From NCBI GenBank assembly GCA_963734545.1, contig CAVTHO010000007.1, positions 608,001 through 672,000 on the forward strand: 64,000 nucleotides of DNA, written 5' to 3'. Position numbers and translations under genes: made by a program. The DNA comes from an uncultured Spirochaetota bacterium (GTDB taxonomy: Bacteria; Spirochaetota; Spirochaetia; SZUA-6; Fen-1364). The stretch's first letter is position 1; each line of letters starts with the position of its first letter. This document shows, in pieces, positions 31,756-40,497 of this stretch. The notes under the pieces were generated by a model. It was not told where the DNA came from and searched no databases. It saw only the letters and a program-made list of their open reading frames with translations.

Positions 31756-33194
31756 CAGCGCGTCAGCTCCGTGCGCAGGCGCTCCATGGCGTGCGCATGG
31801 GAGTCCGCAATGGAGCGGGCGCGTTCGGCGGAGAGTCCCCTGTAATTCGCCGGATCGGAAAAGAAGGCCGCTGCATCAAGACCCCGCGAAGCGGCGAGCT
31901 GCCGCGTGAGGATGTCCCAGAGCGCGGCGTCCTGCCTGAGGATATCCGTGAGCTTCGCGCCGGTTTTCTCGGCCCGCAGCGTCGCGGTGCGCACGCGCTC
32001 GTGGGCTTCCGCATCGCCCCCCAGGGCGATCAGCACGTAGACCGGCTCCGAGAAGATGAGATCTCCCCCGAGGGCGAGATTCTCCGCCATGCGCTTCCTG
32101 TCCACCACGAGTGAACTGATGATCGTGCGCATGCGTTCCGCGGCGGATGCGAGCCCGGCAATGAACTCGGGGACGAATCGAGCGGACGCGGAATTCGTGA
32201 GGTCCCTCTGATGCTCGGAGATCTGGTCCATGAAGAATGTGATGACGCGGGGGCAGAACTCCTTCCAGAGGCTCTTCACATGCTCGGAGTTCCAGGGATT
32301 GCGTTTCTGCGGCATCGTGGAGGAACCCACCTGGGTCGCCGCGAACTCCTCCCGGACCTCTCCGATCTCGGATCTCTGGAGGTTGCGGAGGTCGTCCGCG
32401 AGATTTGCGATGACGCCGAAGGCCGTGTTCAGCTCGAGCAGAAGGGCAAGAAGATATTCCGGCTCGACGAGCTGCGTGGAATGCTCGGAAGGCGTGAGAC
32501 CGAGGATTGCGAGGAACTCGGTCTCCAGCTGCTGCGGATCCTTCACGAGCAGGGAGGTCGCATTGTAAGCTCCCACCGCGCCGGCAAGCTTTCCTCTCAG
32601 CCCTGCCGCCTTTTCGCGGATCCGCAGGATGCTCTTTCCGAGGCGCGCCACGTACTCCGCCAGGGCAAATCCGAACGTGATCGGCACCGCGTGCTGCCCG
32701 TGCGTGCGGCCGATTTGAGGCGTTTCCGCCTCTTCCCTGGCCCGCCGCGCCAGCTCCAGCTCCAGGTCCACGAGGACGGGAAGGATCACGGTGAGGATCG
32801 CTTCCTTGTAGCGGAGCGCGGCCGCCGTATCAAGGATGTCCACGGAGGTCGCGCCCAGGTGCGCATAGGGACGCACCGTCTCCGGAAGATGACGTTTCAG
32901 GACATTGACCAATGCGCGCACGTTATGCTGGGTCTTTGCTTCCTCCGCGTACACTTCCTCGGGGCTGATCTCCGCGGCTGCCGCGTCGAGCCGCTCCTCC
33001 AGTCCGGCGGGTGCTTCCCGCGCCGGCAGGTGCCTGAGCAGAGCCTTCAGCAGCGCGATCTCCACGCGCGCGCAGTACCGTACCGAGGCCTCCTCGCCGA
33101 GGATGGCGCTCAGCCGGGCGAAGAGCGCAGGATCGGAAAGGGAGTAGCGGTGGTCGAGCGGCGATATGTTCTGATAGATGCTGCGCGCGTCCAT
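31755..33194 (-). CDS. purB: Adenylosuccinate lyase
   Basis: ISPLD.RY, H.GATS.DI, GRTHGQHA.P, GSS.MPQKRNP, EHQRDLTNS. Confidence 0.95.
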   Translation of the reverse strand: MDARSIYQNISPLDHRYSLSDPALFARLSAILGEEASVRYCARVEIALLKALLRHLPAREAPAGLEERLDAAAAEISPEEVYAEEAKTQHNVRALVNVLKRHLPETVRPYAHLGATSVDILDTAAALRYKEAILTVILPVLVDLELELARRAREEAETPQIGRTHGQHAVPITFGFALAEYVARLGKSILRIREKAAGLRGKLAGAVGAYNATSLLVKDPQQLETEFLAILGLTPSEHSTQLVEPEYLLALLLELNTAFGVIANLADDLRNLQRSEIGEVREEFAATQVGSSTMPQKRNPWNSEHVKSLWKEFCPRVITFFMDQISEHQRDLTNSASARFVPEFIAGLASAAERMRTIISSLVVDRKRMAENLALGGDLIFSEPVYVLIALGGDAEAHERVRTATLRAEKTGAKLTDILRQDAALWDILTRQLAASRGLDAAAFFSDPANYRGLSAERARSIADSHAHAMERLRTELTR

Positions 33195-33200
33195 GCCGTC

Positions 33201-34607
33201 TCAGGAGGCGCCTTCCGCGCTGGGAGCTAGCTTGACCGTCTCCTGCATCTGGTCCCCGACCAGCGATTCCAGCTTCGCCATCTCCTTTTTCAGATCCTCG
33301 ATGATGCGTGTCACCGCCTCGGCGGAGAAGCGATTGTCTTCCACGACTGATCCGATGCTCTCAATGGCGCCCGTCACCTCGCGGTTTGCGCCAAGCTGCT
33401 CCTTGACCGATTGAGACAGCTCATGGATGAAGCCGGCGTAGGCGCCAAGATCATGGGCGATGGTGTCGAAGATCTTGCCCGCCTCGCGAGAGGACTCCCC
33501 GCCCCGCTCGATCACCGTTTCGATCTGCTTCACCCACTTGCTCACCTCGCTCGCGATTTCGGCGGATTTCTCCGCCAGCGTGCGAATCTCGTCCGCGACG
33601 ACGGAGAAGCCGCTTTGCTCGTCACCGGTGTGCGAGGCCTCGATTGCGGCGTTGAGGGCGAGCAGGTTGGTCTGGTCGGCGATGTCGTTGATGCGCGCGA
33701 GGGCGGCAACCATCTTGTCCACCACGTCATGAATGCCGAGGATCTCCTCGATGACCTTCTTCACGATGGTGTTCCCGCTCTGTGAAAACTGCGCGGTGGT
33801 CCCGATGGTGGTCGCCGATTTCTCGGTGGAATTCGATATGCTTTCCATTGCGCCCTGGAGCTGCTCCGCGGCGGCCGTCACCTGCTCGATTCCCGCCGCC
33901 TGGTTCCGGGCGCCTTCCGATACGGTTGTCGACACTTCCCCGAGCTTGTTGATGAGCTGGTGGAGGTTGAAGATGGATGCGGTCACAATGTCCATGGTCA
34001 TCTTCAGCCGGCGGCTGGCGCGCAGCAGGTCCTCCGTCACGAAGTTGTCCTTCAACACGGTGGTATATCGATGGCACGCGAGCGTGGCGAATGCCCCGAC
34101 GAGCGCGTTCAGGCCGGGAATGATGAGCAGCGCGGCGGCAATGCTGCCGGGGAAACGCAGCACCGCGTAACACGACACCAGGGCCGGCGTGAGAACAGCA
34201 ACGGCCGCTGACACGACGCAATCACGCACCGACATGCGCAAGGCCGCGAGAAGCGTCACGCTCAGGCAGTACGCCTCCAGAACGAAAAGGGTGGAGAGCG
34301 CCTCTTCGATTCGATCCGCGGTCAGGGCGGCGCCTCCCATGAGGAGCACCGCGAGCGCGTCCAGGAGTATCGCCGGCAGGAACAGCGACATCGTCCGCCT
34401 GCGAACATGAAGCATGTGCACGGCGAGTGAAAGACCGCCCAGGCAGGCCATTGTCACCATGGCGACGACGGCCGCCTCCCTCCTGCCCGTTGCCAGAGAG
34501 ATCGCGAGAATGACGCCGGTTGCGCCCAACCGTACGCCGATGGAGAGCCGCTCGGACGTGCCTGCCTGCTCTCCCGATATCTGCGCAAGGCTCGTTGCGG
34601 CTTTCAT
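33201..34607 (-). CDS. Methyl-accepting chemotaxis-like protein with multi-TM N-terminus
   Basis: INDIADQTNLLALNAAIEA...GFSVVADEIRTLAEKS, about six hydrophobic segments. Confidence 0.85.
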   Translation of the reverse strand: MKAATSLAQISGEQAGTSERLSIGVRLGATGVILAISLATGRREAAVVAMVTMACLGGLSLAVHMLHVRRRTMSLFLPAILLDALAVLLMGGAALTADRIEEALSTLFVLEAYCLSVTLLAALRMSVRDCVVSAAVAVLTPALVSCYAVLRFPGSIAAALLIIPGLNALVGAFATLACHRYTTVLKDNFVTEDLLRASRRLKMTMDIVTASIFNLHQLINKLGEVSTTVSEGARNQAAGIEQVTAAAEQLQGAMESISNSTEKSATTIGTTAQFSQSGNTIVKKVIEEILGIHDVVDKMVAALARINDIADQTNLLALNAAIEASHTGDEQSGFSVVADEIRTLAEKSAEIASEVSKWVKQIETVIERGGESSREAGKIFDTIAHDLGAYAGFIHELSQSVKEQLGANREVTGAIESIGSVVEDNRFSAEAVTRIIEDLKKEMAKLESLVGDQMQETVKLAPSAEGAS

Positions 34608-34672
34608 GGAGTATTTGTAGTTGAAAGGCGGCAATTTGTAAAGCAATCCGCCTCCGTGCTATACTGGCGGTG

Positions 34673-36595
34673 ATGGGAAGCACTGACTACGCGGCCCTGT
34701 TCGCAGAGGCGCTCGAGGCCGGCAGGAAAAGAGACTATCCGCGGTCCATCGAGCTGCTGACACGTATCGTGGGAAGCACGGACCGCTTTCCACAGGCCCT
34801 TCTTTACCTGGGCCGCGCCTATCACGCCATCGGCGACTATTCACGCGCCGCGCAGGCGTTGAACTTCTACCTCCGCGGCAGGCCTGACTCCGTGCCGGGA
34901 AATTTCTTCCTCGGGCGCGCGTACATCGCACTGGAAGCGTATCCTGCCGCGGTCCGCCACCTGAGACGCGCCGTCGAGGGCGACGCCGGCTTTGCCCCCG
35001 CCTATGGACTCCTCGGGCTCGCATGTCTGAAGGCGCGAAGACCCGACAAGGCCATCTGGTGGTTCGCAAAGTCACTCGCCATCGATCCACAGAACAAGCG
35101 TCTGCAGGTCGGCTACCTCAATACCGCCCTGGTGCTGGCCATACGGCTCTTCTACCGTGGAGAGCTGATCGATGCCGCCCGACTCTTCACCGAAGTGCTC
35201 GAGCAGAGACGCGCCAGCATCCTCCCCCACTTGTACCTGGCGACGATTTACCGGGAACTTGGCAGGGACAATCTCGCCCTGTACCACATGGACGCCGCTT
35301 CTCAGATCTCGCCGCAGGATCCGTTCCTGCATCTGCAGAAAGCCGTGATCCTGCTCGCACAGGGCGAGAAAGCTTCGGCGGCCGAAGAGATCCGCATCGG
35401 GACGCAGCTCCTCAAGAGCGCCGGCAGTCCGGGAGGATCGCCCGAAGACATCCTCAGGTTCATCACCATCAACCTGTTCAAGGAGAAGCGCTACCGGGAG
35501 ACCGTGTACTACGGCACAAAGCTTCTCAAGGGCGCATACGACGACCCCCAGCTGCACGCGATTGTCGCCGAGGCCTACCGCAACATGGGCGAGCTTCTGA
35601 AGGCGAAGAATCACTATACGCGGGCCATCGAGAAGGATCGCGCGTCCCGAGAGCTCCGGTACGGCCTGCTGGCAGTCCTTTGGGAAAGACGGGAGTTCGA
35701 ACCTCTCCTGTCCGAAGCGGCGCGTATCCTGCAGGCTGACCGGGCCGACGGCCCCGGACGGTATTTCCACAGCCTGGCGCTTTCGCGCACGGGCGCGGCA
35801 ATCGAGCAGGTGCTCGCCGAGCTTCAACAGCAGGTGAAAGCCCGAGGTCCGGACCCCGTGCTCATGGCGGAGCTCGGGGCTGCGTATGTGCGCGCCGGTC
35901 TTCCCGAGCTCGCGGAAGGCTGGTACGTGAGGGTCTTGAAAGTCGCTCCGCCGGACGCGGAGGTCCTCCTGTCCCTCGCCGGAGTGTACAAATCCCTCGG
36001 CAGGCAGGATAGGCGGGGAGAGACATACCGTGCGTACCTCGAGATCCATCCGGAAGACCGCAAGGCGCGCCGCCAGCTCGTGCGCATACTTCTGGAGCTG
36101 GACTCCTTTGCCGATGCCGCCGAGCAGATTGCCATGCTGCTCCCGCTGGAACCGAACAATGTCAAGCTCAAATCGACCCTTGCCGTCTGCTACCGCCGCA
36201 CGGGCAGATTCCCGGAGGCGCTCGTGCTTCTCAAGGACCTTCTCGGAGAGTCTCCGGACTCGCAGGAGCTCATCAAGGCCGCGGTCTTCTGCCTGGACAA
36301 GATGGGGGCACGCGCCGTGGGGGTGCGGGCGCTGGAAAGCTTCATGAAGCAGCACGGGGAGAACCTTTCGCTGATCCTCATGCTCGGAGTGCTCCAGTAC
36401 CAGGCGAGCTCTCTCTCGAAGGCCGCTGAAACCTTCCGCAAGGCACTATCGCTGTCCCCGAAGGACTGGCGTGCCAATCGAAACCTGGGCATGGTCTACA
36501 GGAAAATGGGCAACGATGTATTCGCGGACAAGTTCCTGGCAAAGGCCGCCGAGTACCGCGCCGCGGTGGAGGCGGCCGTGTCCGAGGCGCCCTGA
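34673..36595 (+). CDS. Large TPR-repeat protein
   Basis: Many consecutive TPRs (ALLYLGRAY, AYGLLGLA, ANRNLGMVY). Confidence 0.85.
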   Translation: MGSTDYAALFAEALEAGRKRDYPRSIELLTRIVGSTDRFPQALLYLGRAYHAIGDYSRAAQALNFYLRGRPDSVPGNFFLGRAYIALEAYPAAVRHLRRAVEGDAGFAPAYGLLGLACLKARRPDKAIWWFAKSLAIDPQNKRLQVGYLNTALVLAIRLFYRGELIDAARLFTEVLEQRRASILPHLYLATIYRELGRDNLALYHMDAASQISPQDPFLHLQKAVILLAQGEKASAAEEIRIGTQLLKSAGSPGGSPEDILRFITINLFKEKRYRETVYYGTKLLKGAYDDPQLHAIVAEAYRNMGELLKAKNHYTRAIEKDRASRELRYGLLAVLWERREFEPLLSEAARILQADRADGPGRYFHSLALSRTGAAIEQVLAELQQQVKARGPDPVLMAELGAAYVRAGLPELAEGWYVRVLKVAPPDAEVLLSLAGVYKSLGRQDRRGETYRAYLEIHPEDRKARRQLVRILLELDSFADAAEQIAMLLPLEPNNVKLKSTLAVCYRRTGRFPEALVLLKDLLGESPDSQELIKAAVFCLDKMGARAVGVRALESFMKQHGENLSLILMLGVLQYQASSLSKAAETFRKALSLSPKDWRANRNLGMVYRKMGNDVFADKFLAKAAEYRAAVEAAVSEAP

Positions 36596-36626
36596 AGGCG
36601 TGGAGCGCGGGGCCGTTCGGCTGCCG

Positions 36627-36660
36627 AAAAAAAACGGCCGGGTCTTTGTTCCCCGGCCGT
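36627..36660 (-). terminator. Intrinsic terminator of the cfpA operon
   Basis: Stem ACGGCCGGG/CCCGGCCGT followed on the minus strand by T8 (plus-strand A run 36627-36634), 24 nt after the ppdK-like stop. Confidence 0.8.
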
Positions 36661-36683
36661 CTTCTCGAAAGCTATGAACGATT

Positions 36684-39326
36684 CTAGGCGCCGGCCTTCT
36701 CCAGGTTGATCTGGGCAATTGCCAGCTTGGAAAGAGGTACCTGATAGGGAGAGCAGGACACATAGTCCAGTCCGGCTTCCATGCAGAAGCGGATGTTGTC
36801 CGGGATTGCTCCATGCTCCCCGCACAGTCCCACCTCGAGATCCGGCCGGGTCATCTTGCCTCTCTTCACGGCCATTGCAATCAGCTCCTTCACCTGCGGA
36901 TTCAGGTACTGGAAGGGATTGCCTTCCAGAAGGTCGAACTGGGTGTAGTCCGGCATGAAAGTGTTGAAATCATCCCGCGAGAGACCAATGGTCGTCTGGG
37001 TGAGATCGTTGGTGCCGAATGAGAAGAACTGGGCGTAGTGTGCAAGCTGGTCCGCGCCGAGCGCGGCGGCAGGCAGCTCCACCATGGTGCCGATCTTGTA
37101 GGGAGCAGCTTTTGCCTTGAAAGACGCCCTGACATCGCGTTCGACGTCCGATAGCCCGCGGATCTGTTTTCCCTCGATCTTCTTCCCATAGATGATGAGC
37201 TTCAGCTCATTCTCGTTCATGATGATCGGGATCATGATCTCGGGCTCCACGCGCACCCCTTCCTTCTTCAGGGTGTAGACGGCCTCGAAGATCGCACGGA
37301 CCTGCATCTCATAGATCTCGGGATAGGAGACGGCGATGCGGCAGCCGCGATGCCCCAGCATCGGGTTGAACTCGTGCATCGATTCGCTGCGCAGCCTCAC
37401 GTCCTTCTCCGTCAGCCTCTTGGCGCCCTTTTTCCCCGCGTTGAGATAGCGCATGAAGCGCTCCAGCTCCTGGTCGTTGTGAGGCAGGAATTCGTGCAGG
37501 GGGGCGTCGAGCAGCCGGATGATCACCGGATAGCCTTCCATGATCTTCAGCAGCTTGTAGAAGTCGGCTTTCTGCATGGGGAGAAGCTTGGCGAGGGCTC
37601 TCTTGCGCTCTTCCGACGAGTCGGAAAGAACCATCTCGCGGAACACGTTGATCCGTTTCTCATCGAAGAACATGTGCTCCGTGCGGACGAGCCCGATTCC
37701 TTTCGCGCCGAACTTGCGCGCAAGAGCGGCGTCCCGCGGTTTGTCCGCGTTCGCCCGCACGTGGAAATCCGGCACGTACTTCTCCACCAGGGCGAGGAAC
37801 TCGAGCATGCCCGACTCCTCGGGATCCGGTTCGATGAGCTCCGCCTTGCCGATGTACATCGACGGGGCGCCGTAGAATGGCACATTGAGGGTGATGTAGT
37901 CCCCTTCCTTGATGACATAGCTGCCCACCGTGGCACGGTTGCCCTTGATCTTCATGTCGGGCTTCACGAGGGACACCTTGCCGTACTGCCGCGCAACAAC
38001 CGATGCGTGGGCAGAATAGCCGCCCTCCGTGGAAAGGACGCCGGTGGCGACCTCGATTGCCTTCACGTCCTCCGCAAACGACGAAACCAGGCACAGGATC
38101 AGCTTCGTGTCCAGGCCCTTCTGCTGCGCGAGCTTGTGCGCCTCGAGAAGCCCGTCCGTCGTGAAGTACACTCTGCCGATGGCGGCGCCGGGCGCCCCCG
38201 TGATGCCGCCGGTAAGGACCGGCATGCCCTTGACAGTCGCGAAATCGATGATGGGATGGAGGATCTCGTTGAGCTGGCCCGGCTTGATCTGTTTGACCAC
38301 GTAGCGGTCATCCACGACCTTCCGCGAGTAGAGATCCAGAAGAAGCCGGATGTCCGCCTGGGTCGACTTGGTCATCACGGAGCGCTGGTCGATCAGCCAG
38401 AGGCGCTTGTTCTCCACGGTGAATCGAATGGAGCGGATTTCCTTGAAGTGGTCTTCCACCTTGTGCGCGATCTTTTCGAGCTCCGCGTGGTAGTTCTTCG
38501 AGAAATTGGCGATGTTGGAACCGCTCGTGCCGATGGCATTGAACTTGTTCTGGTAGTATTCGCCCTGGATTTCCTTGTCTCCGGTGACGATGTTGCGGGT
38601 GTAGAACTGACCGTTGGATGAATCCTTCCCGTAGTTTCCGTACACCATGGGCTGAATCAACAGCGCCGTGTCTTCCTGGTTCTGATCGGTGATGGCCAGG
38701 AGGTGGCTGATCCGCGTGAGGGCAATCTCGAGCTGATCGAAGGGATCCATGAAGTAGCCCTTGGGAAGCATTGCCTTGTAGCGCTCGATGCTCGCCTTGC
38801 GCTTCTTTGCGTCCATCTCCGAGCTGAGCTCCACGTCGAGCTCCTTGATGGCCTGCTTCAGGGATTTGGCCTCCTTCTCCTTGTTTTCCAGCTCCGCGAT
38901 GGCCATCTCGATTTCCAGGCTGCCGCGCGTCAGGAATTGAAGCTCGTGCCAGCCGAAGTTTTCCCCGACGAACCGGTTGAATCCGGGGAGCGTTTTGTCG
39001 GTGAGGCCGAAATTGTGCATTGTCGGGTACGATGCGATCACGAGGTTCGGGCTGACGACGATCTTCACGAGCATCGGATTTTCCGCGTCGCCGAAGGCCT
39101 TGCCGGTGAGCTTTGCCAGCCGATCGAACCAGGGGCGGAGCGCGCCCCAGATGTCGAAATCCTCAAGATGCGCCGCCACATCGGCGTCGATGATGAACCC
39201 GGGAAGTATGGGGAGGTCGAGGTCGGCGAGCTCCATGGCCAGACGTCCCCGAATGCCGATCCTCTCCAGGATCGGTGGTTTCACGTTCGCTTCGCCCTGG
39301 TCAAAGAAGTGGATGTTCTTCTTCAT
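36684..39326 (-). CDS. PPDK-like PEP-utilising protein with degenerate ATP-grasp domain
   Basis: GGYSAHASVVAR (phospho-His), GIGL.RTEHMFF, EFNPMLGHRGCR, FSFGTNDLTQ and CGEHG are intact. N-terminal nucleotide-binding motifs are substituted. Confidence 0.85.
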   Translation of the reverse strand: MKKNIHFFDQGEANVKPPILERIGIRGRLAMELADLDLPILPGFIIDADVAAHLEDFDIWGALRPWFDRLAKLTGKAFGDAENPMLVKIVVSPNLVIASYPTMHNFGLTDKTLPGFNRFVGENFGWHELQFLTRGSLEIEMAIAELENKEKEAKSLKQAIKELDVELSSEMDAKKRKASIERYKAMLPKGYFMDPFDQLEIALTRISHLLAITDQNQEDTALLIQPMVYGNYGKDSSNGQFYTRNIVTGDKEIQGEYYQNKFNAIGTSGSNIANFSKNYHAELEKIAHKVEDHFKEIRSIRFTVENKRLWLIDQRSVMTKSTQADIRLLLDLYSRKVVDDRYVVKQIKPGQLNEILHPIIDFATVKGMPVLTGGITGAPGAAIGRVYFTTDGLLEAHKLAQQKGLDTKLILCLVSSFAEDVKAIEVATGVLSTEGGYSAHASVVARQYGKVSLVKPDMKIKGNRATVGSYVIKEGDYITLNVPFYGAPSMYIGKAELIEPDPEESGMLEFLALVEKYVPDFHVRANADKPRDAALARKFGAKGIGLVRTEHMFFDEKRINVFREMVLSDSSEERKRALAKLLPMQKADFYKLLKIMEGYPVIIRLLDAPLHEFLPHNDQELERFMRYLNAGKKGAKRLTEKDVRLRSESMHEFNPMLGHRGCRIAVSYPEIYEMQVRAIFEAVYTLKKEGVRVEPEIMIPIIMNENELKLIIYGKKIEGKQIRGLSDVERDVRASFKAKAAPYKIGTMVELPAAALGADQLAHYAQFFSFGTNDLTQTTIGLSRDDFNTFMPDYTQFDLLEGNPFQYLNPQVKELIAMAVKRGKMTRPDLEVGLCGEHGAIPDNIRFCMEAGLDYVSCSPYQVPLSKLAIAQINLEKAGA

Positions 39327-39348
39327 TCTTGTCCTTCCCTTTCAAATA

Positions 39349-40425
39349 TCAGAACAGGTTCAGGATCGCGCCGACTTGCGCCTTGAGGAAAGCCTCGAAC
39401 ATGTGGCTGGCGCCCTGCCGGAGATAACGCTGGAGCTTGGCCACGTCACGGATGTCGTCTCCCGCCACGGCGATCATGATTGCGCTCCCGTGCTTCACCT
39501 TCCCCCATTTGAAGAGGGTGTTGATGTCGTGGATGCGCTCTCCCTCGTAGAATACGTACACGTCGAGGCCCGGGTACTTGGTCGTATAGCTCTGGATGAT
39601 CTTCTTCCACGCCTCCACGTTGCCGTTGTGGAAAAGCTCGTTCGTCACGGGAATGGAGTACATGGGAGTCATCTTCTTCGGGGCGCCGGAAGGAGCCGCG
39701 GCCGCCGGAGCGGCCGCGGGCGCCTGTGCGACCGGGGCTTGCGGGAACGCGGCACCGGAGGCTGGCACAGCCGCGGCGGCAAGCGCCAGGTCCGCTGCCG
39801 CTGCAGCGCGGGAAGGGCGTTCCTTTGCGGCCTTTCGGGCTCCCCTCGCGGGTGCGGGAGCAGGAGGGGGTGCCGGCTGCTTCTTCTGGACGAACTTGCC
39901 CTTTGTCAGCGCGGCAGGCGTCTTGAGCCTGGCCCCCTCGATGAGCGCGATGAAGAGTGATATCCCATCCTGGTATTTCTTGTCGCCGTCTGTTTCACCA
40001 AAGGCGCCGGCAAAGACCGTTACCAGCTCGTTTTTCTTCAGGATCCTCACGCCGTCCCAGTGCGAGCGGTTCTTGGGGTTCACCACCACCATGCCGAGCT
40101 CGGGATGGGAGTAGGCGACTACCATGTCGATGGCGCGCCAGGTCGCCACCGTCGCGGTGAGGGCGTCGAAGTCCTCGAAGTTCTCCGCGAGGTTGTGGGA
40201 TCGGCACGCGTAATGATACTTGTCCACCAGGAGTGCGTTCAGCGTGGGAGGCACCTGCCTCGGCTCGATCGTTTTGTCGGCAAGGCACTCGCTCAGCGTG
40301 TCCGCCAGGTTGCGCCTGCGCTCGAACTCCCCGATGACCTGTGAAATGAACTTGAAGTGCTTGAGCGAGCGGTTGAAACCTTCCCGCGTGCTGAGCTCTT
40401 CAAATGCATGGAGTTGTTCCGCCAT
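39349..40425 (-). CDS. Conserved hypothetical protein with C-terminal HPr-like domain
   Basis: N-terminal domain, Ala/Pro linker, then MTPMYSIPVTNELFH...NTLFK...HGSAIMIAVAGDD. RBS AGGGG. Confidence 0.75.
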   Translation of the reverse strand: MAEQLHAFEELSTREGFNRSLKHFKFISQVIGEFERRRNLADTLSECLADKTIEPRQVPPTLNALLVDKYHYACRSHNLAENFEDFDALTATVATWRAIDMVVAYSHPELGMVVVNPKNRSHWDGVRILKKNELVTVFAGAFGETDGDKKYQDGISLFIALIEGARLKTPAALTKGKFVQKKQPAPPPAPAPARGARKAAKERPSRAAAAADLALAAAAVPASGAAFPQAPVAQAPAAAPAAAAPSGAPKKMTPMYSIPVTNELFHNGNVEAWKKIIQSYTTKYPGLDVYVFYEGERIHDINTLFKWGKVKHGSAIMIAVAGDDIRDVAKLQRYLRQGASHMFEAFLKAQVGAILNLF

Positions 40426-40452
40426 CTGTCTTTCCCCTTTGACCGTAAATGA

Positions 40453-40482
40453 AAATGGTGACCCCCGGGAGGGTCACCATTT
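40453..40482 (-). terminator. 12-bp stem-loop between cfpA and the downstream gene (partial terminator or mRNA stabiliser)
   Basis: AAATGGTGACCC-CCGGGA-GGGTCACCATTT, followed by TCATTT on the minus strand. Confidence 0.65.
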
Positions 40483-40497
40483 GATTCCCCGATTTCT

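Noticed and set aside
36684-39326. Plain ppdK annotation
   Set aside because: The ATP-grasp catalytic motifs are substituted, so the gene symbol was withheld.
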